From positions 1 through 27,002 of IMG/VR virus record IMGVR_UViG_3300042542_000922: 27,002 nucleotides of DNA; one strand, given 5' to 3'. The notes under the pieces are model-generated. The model searched no databases and had not been told where the DNA came from. It saw nothing but the letters and a program-made list of their open reading frames with translations. Both the position numbers and the translations under genes were made by a program. The stretch is from a virus. Its lineage: Duplodnaviria; Caudoviricetes. Of the stretch, positions 18,577 through 25,666 are shown one piece after another. Positions within the stretch are counted from its first letter, which is position 1. The number at the start of each line of letters is the position of its first letter.

Positions 18577-18612
18577 GTAAGAGTAATATACTTATTTTTA
18601 ATGAAATGTAAA
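18577..18612 (-). promoter_or_regulatory. Putative sigma70-type, SD-less promoter for the coiled-coil/oxygenase operon
   Basis: TTTACA (18612-18607), 16-nt spacer, TATATT (18590-18585), 8 nt to ATG, no SD. Confidence 0.55.
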
Positions 18613-18615
18613 GGT

Positions 18616-19590
18616 CTAGGAAGTAGTTAAAGTTATAGTTGCACCACCGCCTGTAAATTCTTCTGTTTGAGCACTTGGAGCACTTCCACCCGCAGATAAA
18701 CCAGCCGTTTGAGTTCCTGCTGCTGCTAAATTACTTGATGCAGTAATTAAATTTCCAGCAGTTGCCCAACTTGTTCCATTATAAAGTTCTGTGTTTTTTA
18801 TAGCTGTACCTGGTTCACTTGTGTTTCCACCAAAAGCTAAAGCAGAAGTTTGTAATCCTGCTGCTCCACCAGATGATCTTCCTGTAATTAAATTTCCACC
18901 TGCTGTCCAAGTTGTTCCATCATATTCATTAGTTACGTTAGTGGTACCACCACCAGGAGGTATAGCACCACCTGCACTTAAAGCTGAAGTTTGAGTTCCT
19001 GCTACAAATGCATAAAATAATGCTGCAGGAAGTGCTCCACCTGCTGTCCATGAAGTTCCGTTGTATTCTTCTACACCTGTTGTAAATCCATAAGTATTAC
19101 TATCAGGATTTCCACCAACAGCTAAAGCAACTGTTTGAGTTCCGCAACCTGATAATTGTCTTCGTGCTGTGCCTAAATTTCCTCCTCCTGTCCAAGCAGT
19201 TCCGTTGTATTCTTCTGTGGCATTTGAAATAACTCCTGGTGGTAATGCTGCTCCACCAAAAGCTAAAGCTGTTGTTTGAGTACCACAACCTGCTAATTGA
19301 TATCTTGATGTTCCTAAATTTCCACCTGGAGACCATGAAGTTCCGTCATATTCTTCTGTGGCTGTTCCATTAGTACCTCCAAAAGCTAATGCTGAAGTTT
19401 GAGTACCACAACCTGCTAAATAATTTCTAGAAGTAGCTAAATTTCCACCCGTCGCCCAAGCCCCAACATCAGCATATGCTTTTAAAGCATTAGATGTAGT
19501 ATTATACCAAATCTGTCCTACAGTTGGATTTGCTGGATCCGAGCTTACGATTAAAATATTTTGTCCTTGTATGTTTGTATACGTTGCCAT
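18616..19590 (-). CDS. Kelch-like six-bladed beta-propeller virion protein (paralogue A)
   Basis: N-terminal MATY..SDP.NP..GQIWYN anchor, then six W-x-x-GG-N-L...GTQT-x-AL-x-x-GG...TEEY-x-GT repeats. Confidence 0.85.
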   Translation of the reverse strand: MATYTNIQGQNILIVSSDPANPTVGQIWYNTTSNALKAYADVGAWATGGNLATSRNYLAGCGTQTSALAFGGTNGTATEEYDGTSWSPGGNLGTSRYQLAGCGTQTTALAFGGAALPPGVISNATEEYNGTAWTGGGNLGTARRQLSGCGTQTVALAVGGNPDSNTYGFTTGVEEYNGTSWTAGGALPAALFYAFVAGTQTSALSAGGAIPPGGGTTNVTNEYDGTTWTAGGNLITGRSSGGAAGLQTSALAFGGNTSEPGTAIKNTELYNGTSWATAGNLITASSNLAAAGTQTAGLSAGGSAPSAQTEEFTGGGATITLTTS

Positions 19591-19592
19591 GT

Positions 19593-20597
19593 TTATGTTC
19601 CTGTTACTGTTCTAGTTGCAACTACAGGTCCACCTGTAAATTCTTCTGTGTTTGCAACAGCACCTCCAGTTGATGTATTATAACCACCAATACCCGCCGC
19701 TGAAGTTTGAGTTCCAGATCCAGCTAATGCATATCTTCCTGTTGCTAAAGCTCCACCTGTTGTCCAAGAGGTTCCATCGTATAGTTCTGTGTTAGTTAAT
19801 CCTGGACTAACACCTCCAGATGCAATACCTCCAAAACTTAAAGCTGAAGTTTGTGTTCCTGCAGCACCCATTACCCATCTTGCAGCTGGTAAATTTCCTC
19901 CTACTGTCCAACTTGTTCCATTGTATTCTTGAACTGCATTAGTAGCAGTATCACTACCACCTATATTTCCAGCAACTTGTAATGCCGCTGTTTGTGTACC
20001 TGTACCTGATGAAAGTCGAAAATCAGTTAATAAATTTCCACCCGCTGTCCAAGCTGTTCCATTATATTCTTCTGTGGCATTTGATATATCACTTAATGGA
20101 GTACTTCCTCCAAAAGCTAAAGCTGATGTTTGAGTTCCACAACCTGATAATTGACCTCTTGCAGTTCCTAAATTTCCACCTGGTGACCATGAAGTTCCGT
20201 CGTATTCATTAGTTACATTTGTAAAAGGTGCACCTGCGTTTCCACCGAAAGCTGCAGCTGAAGTTTGAGTTCCAGCTCCTGCTAAATAACTTCTTGTAGC
20301 TGGTAAATTTCCACCTGCTGTCCATGAAGTTCCATCGTATTCTTCTGTTGCATTTGAAACAGTTGGGGCTGATATTTCTCCACCCATAGCTATAGCAGAA
20401 GTTTGAGTCCCTGCACCTGCTAAAGCATATCTAGCTGTTGCTAAATTCCCACCCGTCGCCCAAGCGCCTTGTTGAGTAACTCCAACTTTTAAAAGATTAG
20501 AAGTAGAATTAAACCACACTTGTCCAAGTTGAGGACTTGCTGGATCTGATGCCAGATACTGGACTTTTTGTCCATATGTTCCGTAATAAGTAGCCAT
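19593..20597 (-). CDS. Kelch-like six-bladed beta-propeller virion protein (paralogue B)
   Basis: Same anchor (MATY..SDPASP..GQVWFN) and six blades ending TEEFTGG. Confidence 0.85.
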   Translation of the reverse strand: MATYYGTYGQKVQYLASDPASPQLGQVWFNSTSNLLKVGVTQQGAWATGGNLATARYALAGAGTQTSAIAMGGEISAPTVSNATEEYDGTSWTAGGNLPATRSYLAGAGTQTSAAAFGGNAGAPFTNVTNEYDGTSWSPGGNLGTARGQLSGCGTQTSALAFGGSTPLSDISNATEEYNGTAWTAGGNLLTDFRLSSGTGTQTAALQVAGNIGGSDTATNAVQEYNGTSWTVGGNLPAARWVMGAAGTQTSALSFGGIASGGVSPGLTNTELYDGTSWTTGGALATGRYALAGSGTQTSAAGIGGYNTSTGGAVANTEEFTGGPVVATRTVTGT

Positions 20598-20603
20598 AAA
20601 ATT

Positions 20604-20897
20604 TTACTCTAAAACTATATTTTCTGGTCTTCTGTTTAAAGAATTGTTTTTCTGATCTTCAGGTAAAGCATCATAAGCAGCTTGAGCTTTTGCAACTTCT
20701 GCATCAACTATCGCTTGCGCTTCTGCTTTTGTTTTAAAAGATCCAGCTACTTTAAATACCCAAAGATTTGCATCTTTGTTATTCGCTGGTATTCTCCAAA
20801 CATTACCTGGCAATCCAGAAATATCAAAGTTAGAAGATTCACCAATTTCAATGAATCCCTTTCCCCAATTCTCCGCTGTACAGTATTTATATGCCAT
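20604..20897 (-). CDS. Hypothetical protein within the propeller cluster
   Basis: 97 aa; strong SD AAGGAGG; NWGKGF..PGNVW motif followed by an Ala-rich helix. Confidence 0.75.
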   Translation of the reverse strand: MAYKYCTAENWGKGFIEIGESSNFDISGLPGNVWRIPANNKDANLWVFKVAGSFKTKAEAQAIVDAEVAKAQAAYDALPEDQKNNSLNRRPENIVLE

Positions 20898-20914
20898 GTT
20901 TCCTCCTTAATTAA

Positions 20915-21868
20915 TTAACTAAATGATATTGTCTTATTAACATTAACTGGTCCACCTGTAAATTCTTCTGTTGCTGCTGGGGTTACATTTCCACCAATAG
21001 CTAATGCTGAAGTTTGACTACCAGCACTTCCAAAAAATTGCATACCAGTTCTTGCCATATTTGATCCTAAAATAGTCCAAGAGGTTCCATCATATGAAAA
21101 AGTTGTTTGTGTTGGTGGAACCTCTCCTCCAAAACCTAAAGCTGCTGTTTGTGTTCCTGCTGATCCATTTCCTCTAGTTGTAGTAGGAAAATTTCCACCT
21201 GCTGTCCATGAAGTTCCGTCGTATTCTTCTGTTGAATTTATATTACCACCAGGACCTTCTCCTCCAAATGTTAAAGCTGATGTTTGAGTTCCTGCTCCTG
21301 CTAAAAACTGTCTACCTGTTCCTAAATTTCCACCTGCTGTCCATGAAGTTCCGTTGTATTCTTCTGTTTGATTTTTTAGAGCTGAAGTTCCACCAAAAGC
21401 TAAAGCTGTTGTTTGTGTTCCGCAACCTCCTAAACCATATCTTGATGTAGTTAAATTTCCACCACTTGTCCATGAAGTTCCGTCGTATTCTTCTGTGACA
21501 TTTGTATTACCTGGTGTAATTTCTCCACCTGCACATAATGCTGCTGTTTGAGTTCCTGCACTTCCAGGAAGTCCTCTTCCTGTAGTTAAATTTCCACCTG
21601 GAGACCAACTTGTTCCATCGTATTCTTCTGTGGCAGTTGTAAAAGGATTACCACCAAAAGCTAATGCTGAAGTTTGAGTACCTGCTCCTCCTAATTGTTG
21701 TCTTCCAGTCGTTAAATTTCCACCGCTAGCCCAAGCTCCAATTTGTGATATTGTATATTCAAATGATTTTGAAGTTGTGTTGTAAAATACTTGTCCAGGA
21801 TCCCCTGGTGATGGATCTGATGCTACTGTTTGAACAGCATAACCATTTATACCTTTATAAGTAGCCAT
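20915..21868 (-). CDS. Kelch-like six-bladed beta-propeller virion protein (paralogue C)
   Basis: MATYKGING..SDPSP..GQVFYN anchor and six blades ending TEEFTGG. Confidence 0.85.
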   Translation of the reverse strand: MATYKGINGYAVQTVASDPSPGDPGQVFYNTTSKSFEYTISQIGAWASGGNLTTGRQQLGGAGTQTSALAFGGNPFTTATEEYDGTSWSPGGNLTTGRGLPGSAGTQTAALCAGGEITPGNTNVTEEYDGTSWTSGGNLTTSRYGLGGCGTQTTALAFGGTSALKNQTEEYNGTSWTAGGNLGTGRQFLAGAGTQTSALTFGGEGPGGNINSTEEYDGTSWTAGGNFPTTTRGNGSAGTQTAALGFGGEVPPTQTTFSYDGTSWTILGSNMARTGMQFFGSAGSQTSALAIGGNVTPAATEEFTGGPVNVNKTISFS

Positions 21869-21870
21869 GG

Positions 21871-22872
21871 TTATTTATTCTCCAATAACCAACCTTGTGT
21901 TGAATCTACATAAACTAAAGTTAAACCAGCTCTCTCAACTGACACTGTTAAATCTTCTGCTACGCCTTGAATATTGTGTCCGTTACGACCGATAGTTAAA
22001 TTATTAGTATCAAATGTTCCAGCGTAATCTATGAAAGTAATAAAATCACCTATTGTTGCTGATGCTGGTAATGTTGCTGTGAAAGCTGATGAAGTTGTAT
22101 TACAAAAATAACCTCTTTTAGCTACTGCTGTAAATCCAGATGTTTGAACTGCTTGCCATGCTGCTCCACCTGATACAGTTGCAAAAGTTAAAGTTCCAGA
22201 ACTGTCTGATAATTGTAATACTTGACCTGAAGATCCTGTAGCTACTGGTAATACAAGTGTATAAGCAGCATCTGAAGTTAAAGTTGCTGGAGATTTTAAT
22301 CCAACATAACCTGATCCAGTATTGTCTCCTAATCTTAATGCACCTTCTGCATCAATAAGAACGTTTGTTCCATCCCAAGTAAAATTAGCTGAACCACCAA
22401 ATGCAGTTCCACCACTATTAAATTGAACTTGTGTAGTTGATCCGCCTGGAGGTGAAGATAAAGAAATTTCACTAATATTTGTTCCATCTGCAAATAAATA
22501 TTTATAACCTTTGTCTGTAGCAGAAAAAGTTGCACCTGTTCCACCTGCTTGTTTAAATTCAACTGTGAAAGCACCTGTTGTTTCATTATCAACAATCCAA
22601 GTTTTTTCAATTCCTGTTGGAACTGTTACAATTTGATTTCCTGTTATTGTTCCTGTTAATTTTATAACAGCGTTTCTTGCATTGGAAATTGCACCATCAG
22701 ACATTACAAGAGCAGTTGTTTGAGCTCCTCCTGCAATAGAAATCGCTTCGTATCCACCAATTGCTTGTTGTATTAAATATAAGTTTGTATTTGTAATTTG
22801 ACCCCATGTACCAGCGTTTTCGCCAGTTGCCATTATTGATAGTTTAAGATCAGCAGAATATGTTGTAGCCAT
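21871..22872 (-). CDS. Tail fibre protein (proximal part)
   Basis: TGENAGTWG..TNTNL N-terminal anchor, PGGSTTQVQFNSGG..FGGS motif, LPVATGSSGQVL, and a C-terminal TLPAS...GD....D....F..NNLTIGRNG...LVYVDSTQGW fibre module. Confidence 0.8.
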   Translation of the reverse strand: MATTYSADLKLSIMATGENAGTWGQITNTNLYLIQQAIGGYEAISIAGGAQTTALVMSDGAISNARNAVIKLTGTITGNQIVTVPTGIEKTWIVDNETTGAFTVEFKQAGGTGATFSATDKGYKYLFADGTNISEISLSSPPGGSTTQVQFNSGGTAFGGSANFTWDGTNVLIDAEGALRLGDNTGSGYVGLKSPATLTSDAAYTLVLPVATGSSGQVLQLSDSSGTLTFATVSGGAAWQAVQTSGFTAVAKRGYFCNTTSSAFTATLPASATIGDFITFIDYAGTFDTNNLTIGRNGHNIQGVAEDLTVSVERAGLTLVYVDSTQGWLLENK

Positions 22873-22893
22873 TATTAATTCCTTATTTTGTTC

Positions 22894-22922
22894 TTATTAA
22901 AATATTTATCAGTTTTTGTCAA
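22894..22922 (-). promoter_or_regulatory. Putative promoter for the tail fibre/propeller operon
   Basis: Perfect TTGACA (22922-22917), 17-nt spacer, TAATAA (-10 lacking the final T); SD AAGGA downstream. Confidence 0.5.
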
Positions 22923-22940
22923 TTAATACAACCTCTATAT

Positions 22941-23942
22941 TTATGCTGCTACTTCTGACCAATTTATTGATTGACCAGTATTCACACCTGTATAATTTAT
23001 TGATTGACCTGGATCAACTGGAGCCCAAGAAGATACGTATAATTGACCAGTTGCTCCTGTCAAGCTAAATCCTGTTACATTTATACTAACATCTATTTTA
23101 TTAGATATTGAGTTTAATGATATATTTAATAATTGTCCTGTTACATTTATAGGAGTATCTAAATCTATAGATACAGAGTTTAATGCAGTTGTTAATTGTT
23201 CTCCTGTTACAAGAGCCACAACAGCTATATCTATAGATACATCTCCATTAAATCCTAAAGTTAATTGTTGGCCAGTTACACTTGCATCAGGTGCTGGATC
23301 CACATCTCCAAGTGCTAAACTTAATGGATTTTCAAATACAGGAATTGAAACATTTCCATCTGCAGTAATACCAACACTACTTAATTGAGCTGATAATGTT
23401 TCACCTGTTAAAGTAAGATTCGCTGTTCCTGTGATAGTTACTGAATTTAAAGATGTGCTTAATAATTGTCCTGTAACATTTGCAACAGTTATTATGTCAA
23501 CAGTTGCATCTCCTTGAAGAGTTGAAAGACCAATATTTTCTCCCCATCCAAGTTGACCCCAACCATTTGATCCCCATGTTGTAGCTGTTCCTGGCGCTGT
23601 TACTGAAACAAGCGTTATAGGAAAAGCATCAACACTGTTTAAAGTTAAATTTGCTAAATTTGTTGTAAGAGTTACACTTCCATCAATAGTAAGAGAGACA
23701 GAATTTAAAGTGGTTGCTAACTGTTCACCAGTTAAAATAACTAAACCATTAATAGACAAAGAAACATCATTTAAAGAAGATGTTAATGATTGTCCTGTTA
23801 CAGAAACGTTAGCACTTACTGTATTGTTTCCCCATTCAGAATCACCCCAACCAAAAGCGCCCCAACCATTAGTAACAGGTTCTTGAAGTCCCCAATTACC
23901 ATCTCCCCAAGTTAATTGTCCCCATTTATAATTATCTGCCAT
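22941..23942 (-). CDS. Virion structural protein with WG pentapeptide triplets and ~22-aa beta repeats
   Basis: WGxxxWGxxxWG three times; about ten V-T-G-Q/E-x-L-x-x-x-L-N-S-V repeats; almost no basic residues. Confidence 0.7.
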   Translation of the reverse strand: MADNYKWGQLTWGDGNWGLQEPVTNGWGAFGWGDSEWGNNTVSANVSVTGQSLTSSLNDVSLSINGLVILTGEQLATTLNSVSLTIDGSVTLTTNLANLTLNSVDAFPITLVSVTAPGTATTWGSNGWGQLGWGENIGLSTLQGDATVDIITVANVTGQLLSTSLNSVTITGTANLTLTGETLSAQLSSVGITADGNVSIPVFENPLSLALGDVDPAPDASVTGQQLTLGFNGDVSIDIAVVALVTGEQLTTALNSVSIDLDTPINVTGQLLNISLNSISNKIDVSINVTGFSLTGATGQLYVSSWAPVDPGQSINYTGVNTGQSINWSEVAA

Positions 23943-23945
23943 GAC

Positions 23946-23972
23946 TTATTTAACTTTAATTTTGTCAGCCAT
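23946..23972 (-). other. 8-codon mini-ORF (MADKIKVK*) in frame with the downstream gene
   Basis: TAGGA SD 8 nt upstream of ATG 23972; TAA at 23948-23946; GTC then ATG 23942 in the same frame. Confidence 0.55.
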
Positions 23973-23985
23973 GACAATTATCCTA

Positions 23986-24426
23986 CTAAGAGATTCTTAT
24001 AATAGCGGCTGAGCTTGTAAATGCTGGGAATTGAATTGTGAATGTTCCTGCTGTAGCTGTTTTATCAGTTGTAAAACTTAACACTGCAACTGCAGCATTA
24101 CTGAATGATGTATTATATATCAAACAACCTCTAGCAGTTAGAGTAACGTTCTGAAAAGATAAATCAGCGAAATCTGTAAAAGCAACTGTTGATACAAGAG
24201 ATGTTCCAGAATTTACTAATGCTTTTCCACCTGTTGTGTAATTTGTTCCAGAAGAACTTACTTCTCCACCTGTTGTATAAGAAGTTGTTGCTGCACCTAA
24301 TGTTGCTGTTGATACGTAAAGAGCTAATTTAAATTTATCTCCACCACCGCCTGAAGTTGAAAAATCTTGATCACCATCTAATAGTTGTTTTTTAAAACTA
24401 TTTGGTAACGCTTGTGTAATAGCCAT
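23986..24426 (-). CDS. Virion structural protein
   Basis: 146 aa; NSFKKQLL, FKLALY, Y..GG..L, DFAD, TARGCLIYN and GTFTIQFP motifs; SD AAGGAG. Confidence 0.7.
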   Translation of the reverse strand: MAITQALPNSFKKQLLDGDQDFSTSGGGGDKFKLALYVSTATLGAATTSYTTGGEVSSSGTNYTTGGKALVNSGTSLVSTVAFTDFADLSFQNVTLTARGCLIYNTSFSNAAVAVLSFTTDKTATAGTFTIQFPAFTSSAAIIRIS

Positions 24427-24438
24427 ACTTGTTTCTCC

Positions 24439-25083
24439 TTATTGTGGTTTTCGAGCTATACGAGGTTCTCCATCTAGAAACTCATCAGTTCGTCTTCTTC
24501 CCATTTGTTCTAATGAGAATCCTTCGATAGCTTGCTTATATCTATTTTCATAATATTGCAACATATCATTTGGACCCTTCAAAAATCCATACGCCTCAAC
24601 TAGGCAAGCATATAATAAACCATTGGGAAATTGTTGGCTTAAATATGTATTTGCAGTTGTAGCGGATAATCCAGTTGGTTTCAAGATATAATTTGCTTGA
24701 ATTGTATAAGCTTGATTTGGAGTAGGGGCAACTATTACTGTATTTTCGTCCCAGTTAGCATAATATTTAGGCACTCCTGTAGTATTATTTTGATTATATT
24801 CATTAATAAAAGACACATCTCTAACATCTAAAAAGCTTATTGTACCATCCGTATTAAATACTTGTAGAGATCTTATAATTAAACAATTATCAGGAACGTT
24901 AAAATATTTTTGAGTTACAATAACAGAAGAGGTTGCATATTTTCTATTGTTATCAGAATCTACATCTCTTAAAATTCTAAATTCAGCATCTTGAATAAAT
25001 CCATCAATAATAGTTGCTGTTAATACATTAGAATCTACTTCTGTGTAATTTCTTATTTTTGTAACTAATTCTGTGTATGTCAT
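24439..25083 (-). CDS. Head-tail adaptor / tail tubular protein-like
   Basis: Start revised to ATG 25083 (MTYTELVTKIRNY, 214 aa), 1 nt after the upstream stop; G.PKYYA, APTP, LLYACLVEA and Y...Y..A motifs. Confidence 0.7.
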   Translation of the reverse strand: MTYTELVTKIRNYTEVDSNVLTATIIDGFIQDAEFRILRDVDSDNNRKYATSSVIVTQKYFNVPDNCLIIRSLQVFNTDGTISFLDVRDVSFINEYNQNNTTGVPKYYANWDENTVIVAPTPNQAYTIQANYILKPTGLSATTANTYLSQQFPNGLLYACLVEAYGFLKGPNDMLQYYENRYKQAIEGFSLEQMGRRRTDEFLDGEPRIARKPQ

Positions 25084-25084
25084 A

Positions 25085-25666
25085 TTAAGCCTGTAGTGTA
25101 ACTGGACCTGCAGAACATTGTGCTCCACCACCAGCTATATTTCCTGTTGTCGCTGTACTTGTACTTAAAAAATAAAAATAATTTAAAGTATCACTTACAA
25201 TACCAGATGAATCTATTTTTCCAACTGTAATAGTAAATCCATTAGAATTTGAAATATCTGTAACATTATCAAATGAAGGAACATCATCAAAAGAATCTTC
25301 TCTAGAAGGAGTACCTACAATGTTGACTTGCGGCGGGCCTCTGAATCTTACGATATTACCAGTTGATCTTCCATGATCTTGTGAAAATACATTTATATAA
25401 GTAGAACCTGCATACTTAGTTGTTGAAAAAGGATTAGGTGTTAATTCAATAATTACTGCTGGTTCAATTCTATCAGGATGTGCGTATCTTAATCCTTGTG
25501 GATCAGCTGTAGTTGGTCTTGGCTCTAATTGAGGTTGTTTAGCTTCATATTCAGAAGTATGTACCCATGAACCATTCCATTCTTGAACCATTTCTTGATA
25601 CGGAAATCTCTGACCAGATCGGTCAGAAATCATGTAAGAATATTTTCCTCTAGATAGATTAGACAT
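25085..25666 (-). CDS. Neck/virion-associated protein with a C-terminal beta module
   Basis: GKY...ISDRSG.RFPY.EM..EWNG N-terminal domain followed by an HG.STG..VRF module. Confidence 0.65.
   Translation of the reverse strand: MSNLSRGKYSYMISDRSGQRFPYQEMVQEWNGSWVHTSEYEAKQPQLEPRPTTADPQGLRYAHPDRIEPAVIIELTPNPFSTTKYAGSTYINVFSQDHGRSTGNIVRFRGPPQVNIVGTPSREDSFDDVPSFDNVTDISNSNGFTITVGKIDSSGIVSDTLNYFYFLSTSTATTGNIAGGGAQCSAGPVTLQA

Larger units (their letters stand above)
18640..21735. repeat. Dispersed coding repeat family: 18 propeller blades of about 120-145 bp with near-identical framework DNA
   Basis: 19036-19072 equals 21329-21365 (37 bp exact); 20305-20350 vs 21189-21234 (46 bp, 1 mismatch); 19627-19649 equals 20949-20971 (23 bp exact). 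Confidence 0.9.

Noticed and set aside
897-21450. Plus-strand ORFs of 62-109 aa in the ORF track
   Set aside because: All are antisense shadows of long minus-strand genes, with no recognisable motifs and no plus-strand operon structure.
18640-21735. Propeller repeats as a CRISPR array or DGR template/variable repeats
   Set aside because: The repeats are in-frame coding and degenerate; the variation includes indels and is not adenine-specific; no cas or reverse transcriptase gene in the window (one elsewhere cannot be excluded).
21866-21873. Readthrough or frameshift fusing the fibre to the first propeller
   Set aside because: The frames differ (TAA-cc-ATG), no slippery site is evident, and all three propellers have their own conserved MATY start.
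18324-22610. Alternative-frame minus-strand ORFs (18324-18512, 19103-19336, 22335-22610)
   Set aside because: Fully nested in well-supported genes, with odd composition and no evident RBS.
25084-25131. Upstream start giving a 230-aa adaptor protein
   Set aside because: It overlaps the previous gene by 47 nt; ATG 25083 lies 1 nt after that gene's stop and gives a typical MTYTEL start.
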